Positions 26,401-39,917 are shown, numbered from the whole stretch's first letter. The stretch: DNA of 45,300 nucleotides, filler included, from Streblomastix strix (GCA_008636045.1; 2 parts of 2 records of this genome joined end to end with filler, not necessarily neighbours in it); one strand, 5' to 3'. Notes: generated from the letters alone by a model not told the origin. Numbers and translations are program-made.

Positions 26401-29400
26401 CTGTCATTTTGAAGATATAACACGAACAGCAAGTGATAATAATTTTGAATCTGGCATAGTTCAACTGAAATTATCAGGCTTAGAAAATCAATTAACTTTA
26501 ACAGGATCATAATTCATTAAGTGTAAATCAACCTCAATAAGTTCAAAAGGAGGTGCATTATACCTTCTACTGGCGTCCTAAGCAATTGTAAACTTATAAA
26601 ACTTAATATTCGATCGATGCGAAGCAAGCAATGGAGGTGGAATATACACATATATTGAAGAAGGTTCGCAATTAATATTGAGTAGTACGAAGGGTGATTA
26701 GTTCTTATTCTCAGAATGCAAAGCTATTGGAGAGTCTAGAGGAGGAGGAATAAATATAAATAATTATGGAGGAACTATCAATATCAATTCATAGTGCAAG
26801 TTCTTTAAATGTCAATGCCTAGAAGGAATTGGAGGTGGAATCGATCTTTAGTTCTCATAAAATGCCTAAGGGTTATTGTAGAATTTAGAATTTGATTAAT
26901 GCGAAGCATTTAATGGAGGAGGAATGCATTTGGAATTACATAATTCACAATTGACATTGGGTAGTACTGATAGTGATAAACAATGCTTATTCTCTCAATG
27001 TAAAGCCAATGGAAATGCTGGAGGAGGAGGAATGTACTTATTTATTAATAATGGTGGGATTGCTAATCTTAACTAATAATTTGCATTCTATCAATGCATC
27101 AGCGAAGTTAATGGAGGTGGTATAAATGCATATATATAACTTAATTCATAATTAGTTTTGTCTGGTTAATGTTTATTCACAAGTTGCAGTACAAATAATG
27201 GTAACGGAGGTGGAATTTATGCATTTAATTACGAGGGAAATGTTGTTATCAATTCACAATGCAAGTTCTGCCAATGTATTAGCAATGGTAATGGAGGTGG
27301 AATCTATCTATAAACAGATTTTAGTGTATATTCAAAATTTACTATTACTGATGCAATATTTCAGGAGTGTGAAGCTAAATCTTCCACATTATAAACTTAA
27401 CCAACGGGATATGGAGGAGGAATATTCATTGGTGGAAGATAGGCATTTGATGCAGAAAAAGATATTTTAGATTTGCATGGAATGAAGATTGATGGTAACA
27501 AAGCTGATATGTTAGGTTAATCTCTTTATGTAGCAATGAATGGATTAGAGACTTGGTGCAAGTTAGGAACAGCAGGTTATTATGTGAAAGGAAACTATAG
27601 TGATGCAGATTCAAATGAAAATGAATTGATGGGAATTGTATAAACTATTGATATATTCAATTAATTTTAAGATTATTTGATTCAATAAAATACAAAAAAG
27701 CTTGAATCATACTGGAATCCAGATGGAGTTTAACCAGATGATGATGACGATGGATCTGAACCAGGCGATGATGATGATGATGATGATGATGACGATGATG
27801 ATGATGATCCCATTGTTTATGTCAATGAATTCTATGTCGGTTAATCCAGTGGCAGTGACTAAAACTAATGTACATCATCAAGTCAATGTAAAACATTAGA
27901 GGCAGATGCTATCACAGATAAATTCAATAGTGCAGAAACTTTCATAGTATATATTGTTGATGAAACATCATTATCATAATACCTCTTAATATTAGAATAT
28001 TCATCTCCACGTACATTCAGGAACTACCCAACAACAAGTACAACACTAAGTAAAATATAAATAGAACAAGTTGGCTAATTCAATGTTGCAGGATCAGTAA
28101 TGTTTAATTACATAAACTTTGTTATTGGAAGAACTTCTATAACTTATTATGGTGCATTAGAAGGAAATTTAGTACATTCTAGTATAACACTCTTGAACTG
28201 TTAGGTAAGTCAATAGTCAGGAAGCGGATCAATTAACCGAAGATTTATATAATTTAACAATGGAAGCATTTATGTTTCCAACTTAATAGCAACAGATATT
28301 CGAACAGATACAATATTTATTTAAATTGAAGGATAATTAAATGAGGTTACTATTGATAGGATCAACTTTGAAAGAATAACAAGAGAGCAAAATAATCTAA
28401 GTGGGGAAACTGGAATAATTCAAATTTCTTTATATGAACCACCATCCAAATTATTATTATCTGGATCTCAATTCATTCTATGTAAATAAACTGCATCAAA
28501 TTCAACAGGAGGAGCTTTATATGTTCATTTAAATAGAGATACATAAGGAATATTAAGTGATGTTAGATTTGATGTTTGCGAAGGTAAATCTGGAGGTGGA
28601 TTGTTTGCTAATCTGATTTCTAATGCATCACTTACTATGTCTGGATGTTAGTTCAATGCATGTAAAGCACTTAATGGGAATGGAGGTGGACTATATGCTA
28701 TGGTTTTGGATTCTCAGTTAATTATGGATCAAAATTGCTAATTCCGTGATTGCGTTAGCGAAGGTGGTAATGGTGGAGCAATTTATGCTTAAATATAATT
28801 CAAGTAACAATCTAAATTTATTCTCAAAGAGACATATATGGAACGTTGTAATGCAACTTCCTCTTCTTCATCTTCTTCATCTACAACTAACTCTGGCTTT
28901 GGAGGAGGAATATTTCTCACTGGCAGTTCTATTAATGATGTATTATACAATGGATTGGATCTTCGTGGAATGTTGATATATAATAACAATGCTGCTAATG
29001 GAGGAAATAGCTTATTTGTAGTAATGTCAACACTTGAAGAATGGTGCTAAGATGGAAATGAAGGTGATCATGTCAAAGGGAATTACAGTGAATCCAGGTC
29101 AGAAATGAGTGATTTACAAGGATTCAACGATGGATTGAGTTATTTCAATTCTTTGTCGATAGATCAAATCAAATCATAGCAGGTTTATCTCGAATGCTAT
29201 TGGTCAGATGAAAAAGATATTTGCCCGAGTTTAAAATCAGATTTCCCATGGTGGATAATTATTATGATTGGAGGAATCGTTGGTGGAATCATTATAGTAA
29301 TAATAATAATTTGTTGCTCTTATTTCGTATGCTGTCGTACTAAGAAAGATATACAAGGATAATCAGATGTAACTAATAATCAAGTAGTTCCACTTCAGAA

Positions 29401-29857
29401 TATGCAATCATCATAATATTAATAAAAATAATAATAATATTCTTCATAGGCAATTAAACCACAATAACATTAACCAAATTCATAAATATAAGGTAATATA
29501 AATTAGTTTGGTTCAAATACTCAGAATTAATATCAATAATATCCTCCTTCTTAATCATATCCACAACATAATTATAATAATAATCAAGGATTTTCTGTCC
29601 AAGTGAAGAATTAATATTCTTAATATGAATAATATTAATTGGGATAATAATATAGATTATGGCATGAATAAACATATGGATAGTAAAATGAAATGCCTTC
29701 ACAATAACAATTTGCATCATAATATGAGAGTCCCTAATAATAATTATAATAATAATAATAATAATAAAGTTATCAAATTCCACCTCCATCAACTGCTTAG
29801 TTATCAAATTCATAATAAGTTCTAAAGATTAGTTCAGATATTCAAGAAAATCAATGA
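23471..29857 (+). CDS. Large type I membrane/surface protein (~2128 aa) with three right-handed beta-helix-like (pectin-lyase/Pmp-like GG[AG]I[YF]) modules, poly-Asp linkers, TM helix and Q/P/Y-rich tail
   Basis: Single frame from ATG 23471 to TGA 29855-29857 with TAR=Gln, containing track ORFs 24299, 25166 and 28838. Repeated F..C.....GGG[IM]Y motifs. Modules A ~24350-25835, B ~25860-27720 and C ~27815-29210 each end in a D.HGMKI.GNKA...G.SLY...WC..G..G.YVKGNYS-like block. TM WWIIIMIGGIVGGIIIVIIIICCSYFVCC ~29249-29335. The start codon is uncertain. Confidence 0.85.
27737..27808 (+). repeat. (GAT)n poly-Asp inter-module linker (D5-GSEPG-D14)
   Basis: GAT/GAC codons in the CDS frame between modules B and C. 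Confidence 0.9.
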
Positions 29858-30072
29858 ACTTCAATATATCAAATAAAATAAATGAAAGATTAAGATTATG
29901 AGTTACAGTGAGAATATTTTTATTTATTTTGATTTATTTATTTGAATTTTTATTTGTCTTTTAATATTTATTTTTATTATTTTTATCATTTATTTATCAT
30001 TTTATTGTTGTTTTTTTATTCAATTTTCATTCAATTTTTTAAATAATTATTAAAAATGAAGAAAAAATCATT

Positions 30073-30430
30073 AAAAAATTATAAAGATAAACAAAAATAA
30101 TAAATTAAAAATGAATAAAATATAAAAAATTATAAAGATAAACAAAAATAATAAATTAAAAATGAATAAAATATAAAAAATTATAAAGATAAACAAAAAT
30201 AATAAATTAGAAATGAATAAAATATAAAAAATTATAAAGATAAACAAAAATAAGAAATTTAGAAAAGAATAAAATATAAAAAATTATAAAGATAAACAAA
30301 AATAATAAATTAGAAAAGAATAAAATATAAAAAATTATAAAGATAAACAAAAATATTAAATTAAAAAAAATAAAATATTAAAAATTATAAAGATAAACAA
30401 AAATAATAAATTATAAAAGAAGAAAATTAA
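30073..30430 (+). repeat. 51-52-bp minisatellite, array 2 (~7 copies)
   Basis: Units start at 30073, 30124, 30175, 30226, 30278, 30329 and ~30380; same consensus as array 1. Confidence 0.97.
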
Positions 30431-30551
30431 AAAATTTAATAAAAATTTAGATTTTATTTTAATTTAATTTAATTTATTTTTATTGTATTTTTCTATATTA
30501 TTTCATTGTTTTATTTTTCCTAATTTTTACTTGAACTTATCATCTTATTAA

Positions 30552-30670
30552 GCATCACATTACTAATCACTTCTTTTCACCTTAATGAGGTTTTTTGGGA
30601 GTGATGTGTGATTAATAAATATAAATGACTCTATTAAATTTTGATCTGTTTAATGAATTACCATTCATAA
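30552..30670. other. Conserved non-coding island with hairpin potential (copy 2)
   Basis: Exactly 7,500 bp downstream of copy 1; the first 69 nt are identical. Confidence 0.45.
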
Positions 30671-30941
30671 TTTAATATTTTAATAATATTATTCATTATA
30701 TGATGAAATTTATTTTGAATTAGGGAATCTATTAAACACAAAAGAAAACTAATTTATCAGTTCTAATAGATTTTTCGTCAGAAAATTTCAGCTGTGATAG
30801 TTTTAAAAATATAATATATTCAAAATAAACAATTCATGATGATATTAATCGTTTTATTAAACAAAAATAAAAATAATAAACAAAAAAGAGAAAAATATAT
30901 ACATGAATAAGAAAAATATCAATTTTACTTGTTCTGATTTA

Positions 30942-31815
30942 TCAGATAAGTATTATTTTCTTAATCTTATTCATTAACTTCTTATTCAATTTTCTGTTTA
31001 TTTAGATTGCAATTAATATTAGAAATATAATCTGGATTATTTTATTGAAATGGATCTGAAGTTGATTTTGTTTATTCATCAAATTCATCCGACATCCTAT
31101 GATAATGAAATGATGATTATGATTGAGAAGATTACTATTATTATGATGATAATAATAAATATGATGATGGTAAAGAATATTATTATAATGAAGATTGAAA
31201 TGGATACTATTATTATTATAGTTTATTACCGTTCGACTAATCATTCTAATTTTATTGTTCATATTTTGATCATTTTTTATCTTTTTTAATTATTATTGGT
31301 TTTTCTTTATTTTTTTATGTTCTTCCTTCTTCTTCAGCATGTATAAGTATATTGTGTGAAGATATTTCATCTTATACTTAAAAATCACTGTTGTCTTCTA
31401 TTTGATGGCATTTATAGGACTATATCTAAGAAGATTAAAAAGATGCTTAATCGTTTAACTTTTATTATTATAATTTTTTCTCATATTTTTTCTTAAATAT
31501 ATCCTCTTTACTTCTTTTATTATTCGTTATAAATACCTTATCTATTTCACATAAATTCTTAGTTTTATGTGTTGAAATATCATAATAATTAGCTGTTCTT
31601 TCACTAATGTGCAATATTCAATGTTTTTAATTATTATCTTAAAAATATTTGTCAGTATCCTCAGTAAAATAGTATAATTCAAATTTACATTTTCCAAAAC
31701 CCTCTAACGTAAAAGTTTCATCAGGAATTTCATCATCATATTTACATATCACCAGTACAATGTTTAGATTTGTTTTTGAACTTATTACTTGATGATTCGA
31801 TTCTAAAATTTACAA
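30942..31815 (-). pseudogene. Degenerate HNH-endonuclease-associated ORF (C-terminal part) with a Q/S-rich tail
   Basis: NFRIESSSNKFKNKSKH / frameshift / ICKYDDEIPDETFTLEGFGKCKFELYYF...KH*ILHISE resembles, from memory, the NLRWVS..N..N....EY.DEIPD......YG...FE.YY...LHI pattern of HNH proteins in trichomonad Maverick elements. Contains an in-frame TGA and frameshifts. Confidence 0.45.
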
Positions 31816-31849
31816 AATTGTTTTTAATTTAATTAACAATTTTATGATT

Positions 31850-34800
31850 AATTTATGATAATATAATCTTTCGCTACAAGCACTTTTATATATGGATAAC
31901 AACTTTGATTTATAAGCACTATTGACTTATTGTTGAATCCAGTTAATATGAATCTTTCAACCTAAATACTACTCATAACATTATCGTACATTTTTAATGT
32001 TCCATTAATCTCTTTTTTCACTATTTCTTTATTAATTACATTAACGTAATCATTATAAGATGTCTACTATGATTTGCAAATACCTTTTGATATTATTTCT
32101 GATTTAAATTCATATAGTTATTTTTCATTGTTCCATTTGAGTACAATCATTGAGTAGCAATTAGGTCCATGTGATGTAAGTTCATATCCTTTATTTTCTA
32201 TCCCAAATCCAAGTATATTTTTGTAGTCATAGATGTCATTATTAGGATCAGATAAATACTAGTATACATGTTAGTCATAGAACTGTTTATTTGTGACTAT
32301 TGATTCAAATTATTAATGACAGTCTTTAGCTGGATCACCTGCTATAGCTACATAAATTGAATCAGTACCTGCAAGGACAAAATGAAATCGTTTACGGTCT
32401 AGATATATATATATACATGAAATTATATATAATTGAGATACTAATATTTTGCATTATCTAGCGTAAAGATTCCTGATTAAAGTGATGTAAAACAAGTAGC
32501 TGTTTTAGACTTAGTTTATACTGCAAATGTAATAGCACAAATCCGTCTTGTACCAATGTGATTAAGATGATGTTATGCGATGAAAGTATCAGCTTTATCT
32601 AACATCGTTATCTTATCAATTTTCTCTGTATTAAATGTATCATATACATATGATGCGTTAATTATAAGCTTATAGAATTTCTCCTTAGAAGATCCTGCTA
32701 ATATAGCTTGAATTCTTAAGTTCATCATTGTCCTAACGAAAGGCTCATATGTTGCATTTTTCACAATGACTGCAATAGCTTTTTAATCAGTGATAATGAA
32801 TCCCAGATCTATAAGAAGACATAAGTAATAATTATTAAATACAATATACTACCCATACGAATCAAGAAATGTTGTTAGCTTTTTATCTTTCTTAGTATTT
32901 GGTAGTGAAAGCTTTTGTGCTTATGAATACATATATTCATCTACAAATTCTTGTTTTTTTTCTATTTCGACATTTCTGAATATTAAAGAAACATCGATTA
33001 AATTGTTATATTCATTTGTTGGAAAATACCTTTTGACTTTTGTCATAAATATATCCTTTCTCTAATCTATGCAGTTTTTGAATACATACGGTTTTTCTGA
33101 GTAAAATTTCGATCTGTCTGCCATATACATTCTATGATCAGTGTTAGGTATATTTTCATTCTTGACTGATGAATATGAACTGGGATAAAGACTATTACCG
33201 TCAAGAGCAAATACATGAGTAGCTACGTTTTCATTATCTTATGAGATCACTTTGTTTAATTATTCATCATAAGTTAGTTCATTTATATAAGTCTTACCCG
33301 CAATATTCTCTCCATGAAATACCGCTGCAAGTCCTCCTGTAATACATTCTCGAAGTAATTTTTATATTCTTTCATCACCTATTGTCATATACAAGTTGTA
33401 TTTGATTGCATATTTTCTCATCTTGATAAGTAAAGCAACTATTTTTGGGTCTCAATTTTCATGAACATTATTGCATGAAACACATGCAGGCAAACAATTC
33501 TCTGTAGTGTGTGGAAGTTCGTTTGCTTATCTATCTAAACTTGATGGATTATTGTATGTGAATTATGCATTACAAATAGAATATATTATTGACTCAAACT
33601 ACTTTTTATAGTAATTATGTTCATCAGCTATTACATTTTTCTCTATATCTCTACGAAATTTATCACATTACTATTTATAATGATAATACTTATTTTTCAA
33701 ACACCATTTTGTTAGAGCAATAGGTTTCGTTTAATGATTTGGATTAGTGCAATCAGCAATTATATCAAAATCAGTATTATATGTTTACTTTTATTCATTA
33801 ATATCAAAATTTAATTTGGGAGGAAAATATGTTGAGTAATGATTTTTTTGCATATGAACATGTTGTAATTGAAATATAATGAAATACATCAAAATTATAA
33901 GGTTTAAATGTATCAATTAAATACATTAATTTATTTGACCATTATCTCTGTATCATTTATGTTCTAGTCTTTGAAATAGTCTAGTCCGTTATTGAAGCTT
34001 TTATTGTCAACCGAATATTAATCATATTCATCTTTAGTGATATATTAACCTCCATTGAGCTATGATTTGAAATCTTCATATTCAAAAGGCTCTGTTTTCA
34101 CAAATATTTCTTTCCAATTCTTTGAATTAATAATTTCATAAAGAAATACTTCTTTATCTTAAGATTTTTCGCCATAATCTTTCACACAAGCTTTTAATGT
34201 CTTTGGTCCAAATAGATTCTCTGCATCAATGAATTGTAATTTCATATGTGACTTCTTATATGATATTATGAATGATTTAATATTATTATGGTCACTAGTA
34301 GGTACTTACATAGTCCAAAACTCGCAATCTAGTGCATCCCATAGAAATGATATATCAATTCTTGAACTATTCCAGCTCCAAACTTTAATGTATTTGTTGA
34401 AAGGAATATTTTCATTATCATACTTCATACACTAATATATCTATTCTGCTGATTCAAATGTTTATGCAAGCCTTAAATGAACAAATGATGAATTCGATGG
34501 TAATCCATAATTTTCTAATTACTTTTAATAATTTTCAGATAATTCATCGAATAGTGTATAACATCTCTTAACTAATTCATATGATTTATCTTAATTGGAA
34601 AACACTTCTGTTGATGCATTTGATAATTTAGATAATTATGAGAGTAATGTTGTTTAATCTGTAATATTTTTCACAACTTAATCACTTAATGTTTCAAAGT
34701 CATATGTTATAAATCCTCATTATGCTATAAACTAGTCCATCAATCCATAAGCCATTAAGTATTCTATTGCAGTATGATTTTGTATTGCAGGGCATATAGG

Positions 34801-36388
34801 CATTGGAACGTCATGTAATCGGATTGATTGTTCAAGAGTTGGAGACTTACATTTTTCTACAGCAGTATCTAAATATTAATTAGCAAGTTTATTAGTCTTT
34901 AAAAATATTGAAATATAATAATGGTAATACGGACATATATGGATTCCTGTCAATTTTTCTACGTTAGATACATATATTTCATGCCAATTCTTTCCATTAT
35001 TAATAAATAGCTAATATAAATTATTGTTATATTGCATTGTTGTCAATAAGAATTGAATCGTCTATATTGACTTGTTTTGCTTCTAAATTTTCTTGATAAG
35101 TATATACATTTACAGTGAGATTAAATACATCAATAAATTTAGTCATTTCTGTTGAAATATTGAATCGCATAATAGCCTTATAAATATGTATTACATGATT
35201 AATCTTTCTTAGCTGCATTATTATATAAGTACTCAAATAGTTAATATTTACCTTTAATTTTGTAGTAGCTAGCGAATAATTGTTTAGCAAATAAAATTTC
35301 TTTGCAATGATCAACTTTATTGTCAATTATGCTTCATATCTTACAGGCTAATGCTACAAGAAACAAATTTTATAATCTGAATCAATATATTGAACTAAAT
35401 GCTATTTTATCACGTTTGACAAGATATGACATTCTTGCTCCTGTTTCTATTTATTTATAAGTAGTAAACATTATATTAAATATTCCAACAATCAGATTTC
35501 TAGTGTCTTCATATGTTCATTCCTTCAATTCTCTTAGCTGTTTAAACATATCTACTTTGAATTATTCTAATGATTTCTTATCAACTATTTCGTTGAATAT
35601 TTATGTTTGAAAGCATTATCTAATGAAGGAATTCTATAAGAATATTCATAATTATTTCCATAAAGTTTTCGTTATATTAGAACTTCAAAATCAATTTGAA
35701 CTTTAAATGGAAGTTTTTTGTTTGAATCATATGCTTTATTTGCAAATTAAGAGAGTTGCTTTTACAGAATTAATTTATTAAAATAATAAAATTTTTAAGT
35801 AATTTCACAATAAATAGCTTCAGCAATTGCTTCATTATTTTAAATTTATTTACTCTTTTTTATAGCTTTAATTGTTTAATCTTCATTATCAACATCACAT
35901 AATTGTAATGCCATTTATGATAATTTATTTACTCTTTTTAAATTATCAATTGTTGAAAATGTGTTAAAGAAATCATCTTCATTTTGCGTGATTTATTGAT
36001 TCTGAATATGCATAATTTTATAGATTTTTTCTTTTTATATTCTATCAACATCAAACCGTTTAAATTTGAATTAGTCTTTATTATCATATATTCTTAATCT
36101 CTATTTAGCATTATTAATTCTATCATTATATATTTCATAAACATCAAATCCACTAATGAAAAGTTAATGATATCTAATATACAGCTTATCTATGAAATCT
36201 GATTAATTGACTTTATTTTCTTACATAAGTTATTGATATAGTAATCCAAATTATTGCTGAAGAAATTTTTGAATATTATTGTAGTTAATTCTACTTCCTG
36301 TATTATTTAAATACTTTAATTTAGTTATTAAATCGGCATATATTGAACCATATTTCTCTGATTCATTGATGAGTCTAATTACAGCCAT
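31850..36388 (-). pseudogene. polB: Family B DNA polymerase pseudogene, Polinton/Maverick-like (putative protein-primed type)
   Basis: ExoI FITYDFET (~34690-34715), ExoII WNSSRID (~34355-34378), ITGGLAAV, motif A FALDGNSLYPS (~33180-33210), motif B KLIINASYV (~32642-32675), motif C LAGTDSIY (32358-32369, DTDS changed to GTDS), C-terminal LTGFNNKSIVLINQSCYPYI. Several frameshifts, e.g. ~32400-32430 and ~35530-35620. Candidate ATG at 36388. Confidence 0.88.
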
Positions 36389-36884
36389 TAATTAAAAAAT
36401 TTCCGGTTTTGAAAACTTAGACAATTATTAGAAAATAAAAAAATATTAATCATTATAGGGATTACTATAATTTTTTTTATTTATAAATATTACTTTTTGT
36501 TGTAAGTTGAGAATTAGTTATAACATTAATATTATACATTATTTGTATCAAATGGCTATAATAAATAATAATATGCGTTGATGATCATAATTATTTGGCG
36601 TGGACGAATGTTGATATTTCTATTCGAAAAATCTTAACTTTCAAAATTTTTATATATTATCTCTCGCGTAGACTATAGACAATATATAATTCATTTAGTT
36701 AAATTTTATTTTGTAAAATTTTTTTACAAATAGACCCGATTTCTAGTAAATTGTCAATATTTTAAAAAAATATAAAAAATAAAATATAAATTTTTCAGTA
36801 ATTTGCTATTGTTATTTATTTTATTAGTAATTAAAGTTCACAATCAAATTAACTGAATTATGAATATATTTGAAATGAAGTTTT

Positions 36885-37360
36885 GAAATAAAGAATCTAA
36901 CTTGATTTGCAAATCTTAATTTGTTACAATATGATTTGTTAGTTTTGAGACCGAGTGATTAAACAGTATATCTATATCCCACACATGTGAATATCTTCTT
37001 GTTTGTACATTGTTGCTTGAAATCGCTCTTTAAATAAGTGCTTATGGAGAATCGTTCATTGGTTCTCGAAAAAATATGAGATACAGCATTGATTAAATAC
37101 ACGATTGTTTGCTTAATGAAGATTTTGGAGTCGTGTTCTAACCTGTGCACCATGTCATGACTTCTGGTATTATAAATCCTGGTTTCATTCTTAAAATATC
37201 TTAGATTGAGTACTGTTTGGACTTCATCAAGTCATCTAAGGTAGCCATAGTAGTAGTATCTTCTTATTGATTTAAACTTTTATCCTCCTATTAATAGTGC
37301 TTACGCTTATCTTAGTAATCATACAGCATCTAAGAAATTTGTAAGTAGTTCGTGTCCTCG
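36885..37360 (-). pseudogene. Truncated tyrosine recombinase of a DIRS element (N-terminal part only)
   Basis: Directly follows DIRS pol. RRYSHVWDIDILFNH...NQDLQIKLDSL matches the Y...WD...L.....N..L....L..KL signature preceding the DIRS YR catalytic core. The sequence then runs into AT-rich DNA, with stops and frameshifts. Confidence 0.65.
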
Positions 37361-37364
37361 ATAC

Positions 37365-39000
37365 AATATGTAACCATGAGGAAGGCTGCTATCTTGCTTA
37401 GTGGAAGATGAAGACGTTTCGCTATCACACTCCGATCCAAAATCAGGATTCGGTAGGATGGTCCAAGGATAATCCATTTTTATCTTTCATCTAGCAGTTC
37501 GATGAGCCAATGTTGGCCTGGCCTCCAAAGTAATAACAGAACTGCCTCAGTTCGACACAGTTTAGACATCATTAAGGTTTAAGATATCATTAGAATAGGC
37601 GAGTGGATCTAGAAGATTTCGATCTTTCATATAAGATTAAATGCTCCTATCCATTGTGCATTTGAGTCCCTCGGGTCTGTTGATACATAGCGAGGTAGGA
37701 ACGTATTGTATTGGTTTGCGAATAAATCCAGAGTTGGCTCTAGATTCCACCAAAGAAATAGGCTTTACGCAAGATGTGGGTTTATACTATAATCTCCCTA
37801 GCTATCCAACCTACTAAGAGAATTTGTTATGCAATTAATTACTCTTGGAACGTACGTTGAATATATTTATAAACATAACTGTTGAATTATTGCATATAGA
37901 TTCCTAAGACCAGATGCTATTTATGGTGCTTCCTTCAATCTTTTAAGATTGAATACTATTGAAAAATTGTCCGATCTTATCAAAATTGCCTTCGTTTCCA
38001 ATTGTGCGAAGCATTTTTCGAAAACCTGAAGACCATGGCAAATGACCTCCATTTACCTTCGATTACTGGTCCATTTCATTTCCTTCTCTCTTTCAAATGT
38101 CTCATGCTATAAGAACTTCTCCCATTCTCAATTCCATTGCCGTTCCTTAGCCCTGAGTGGCTGCATCTGTAATAAGAGTCACTTGAAAAACATTCTATAT
38201 CAAATAAAGTCCCTTATTTTCTTATATCTTATTGATCCACCAACACTTCTCTTGCAATCTCTTGCTTCGGTTCCAACTCGCATTTTTTGAGCAAGATTGT
38301 TGGATCAAATTGTTCAAATTTTTCCATCAAACGGATTGTTTGTTGTTTTAGTATTGTCTAATACTAATGTAATAAGAAAACATAGTCCGAGTAATAATTA
38401 TTCGCAAATCTCATGTCTTTCTCATTTCTGCTTGGATTTGATTCTTTGCTTCTGTGAAAAATATTGGCGAGTGGTAGGTTCCAAAGGGCATCCCCTTAAA
38501 TCTATAACACACTCCCTCCATTTCGAACGTTAGATAATGTCTATAAGATTCATTGATTGTCAAATGATGGAGTGCTGATTTCAGATTTAATTTGATCATC
38601 CGGTCCTTAGGTTAAATTATCATTTTGACATCCTCTACTCCCTGCATTTGAAAGTGTAAGGGTAGGATCTCGTCGTTCAATTGTGTTGCGTCCAGGATCT
38701 TTCTCTATCCGCAATCCAGTTTCAGTTCTATGAAAGTTGGATTTCAATACTCGACCAGTTCTTAAATTAATATTTCTATAATTCCCTCCTCCAGTTCCGA
38801 CTGAATAATATCCTTAATTTCTTTGTTTGTTTTTGGTATTCCCATAAACGGACAAGGTCCAAGAGTTGTAGCTAAACGAGTTTCACTAAGGTTGTTCCAA
38901 AAGATCAGGAAGAATCCTACCGTTTTGAGCTCCAATGCATTGATTAGGTCCAATGATTGCGCGAATCATGCTGTTTTGCCACCCGTTACCGCGGATAAGA
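37365..39000 (-). pseudogene. DIRS-type retrotransposon pol pseudogene (RT, RNase H, methyltransferase-like domain)
   Basis: RT: ELEEGIIE, NPTF, RKILDATQLN, HFQMQG, KLNLKSALHH, YRFKGMPFG...SP, frameshifted YSDY (from YxDD, ~38381-38392). RNase H: ITDAA, WTSNRR.M, LIRSDN, YVPRVIN..TNSLSR. MT-like: PTLDLFAN...PRY, IHSPI, GQHW. Multiple TGA codons and frameshifts. Confidence 0.88.
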
Positions 39001-39917
39001 GCGTTTAGTCTCCTATTTCAAAGATATTCTGCAGAGAGCTGAGCAAGGTCTCCCTATCCAGTAACAACTTCAAGAACAAAGACAGTGCGAACTTGTCAAA
39101 CGTTTTACTCAATATGTCTAGAACTCTTCCTCGCCACATTATGAGGTGAGGACTCCGAACATTTCTCGAGTCCACTACCAATAGTCCCCTCTGTTCCAAC
39201 AAGTGAACCTTGTAGAAGCGTGCTTGTGGTATCCACATTCTCCATTATGTATTAATTCAAAAATGTATTTCCAGCTGTTATCCAGTTTTAGTCATATATC
39301 ATGTCATGCTACTAGATATTGGATTTGTAAAGTGACTATGTAAATGCATGTTAAATTTGAATTTTTGATGGTATAAAGTAAACATTCATCGTTTCGTAAC
39401 TAGAAAGCTGGGTCTATGGTCTTTTATATTACATGTCTTCAAGATTCATATTGTCATATAAACTTTTCGTGTCCAATAAGACATTATTAGATCCGCTTTT
39501 TGCGGTAAATCCTTATAAATTAGAGCCTTTTCTGAGTGAGTTACCTTCACCTTGGGTGTTAAGCATCTATTTATTGAGAGTGAAGTTTCGAATTTGATGG
39601 TTCTCCATTATATTTATCCGTTCCATTCGAATCCAAAAAAGCGGAGATTTAGGAGCATAAACTACCTAACAAAACCTGCATTAGACGCAGGATCGGGTGG
39701 GTAGACCTTCCACTGTCAACAACCAACCCCACGCGTATCGACTTAGGCGTCAGTAACTCTCCTTTTAGTTGTGTTATGTGCGAAGTAAGATTGTTCTGCA
39801 GAACCTTTGATTCGTTTGGAGTTTATTTCCTTTCATTCTTGACTCCCGGTTTTGATTGAAGTAACTTTGTCCCTAACTTAACTGTAAACTGTAATTTGAT
39901 ATATTTCTTAAAAACAT
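39001..39917 (-). pseudogene. Probable decayed gag-like ORF of the DIRS element
   Basis: Based on position immediately upstream of pol and the same raised GC content; no motif recognised. Confidence 0.35.

Noticed and set aside
30073..30430. 52-bp repeats as a CRISPR array
   Set aside because: The units are head-to-tail with no unique spacers, there are no cas genes, and the context is eukaryotic.
36405..36770. Imperfect inverted repeat (~36410-36433 vs ~36741-36764) as a Polinton terminal repeat
   Set aside because: It is short, mismatched and AT-rich, with no partner at the other end of the block.
37365..39000. RT beside variable paralogous genes as a diversity-generating retroelement or retron
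   Set aside because: The RT has RNase H, MT-like and YR neighbours typical of DIRS and is pseudogenised. Paralogue differences are not adenine-specific, and no template/variable repeat pair was seen.
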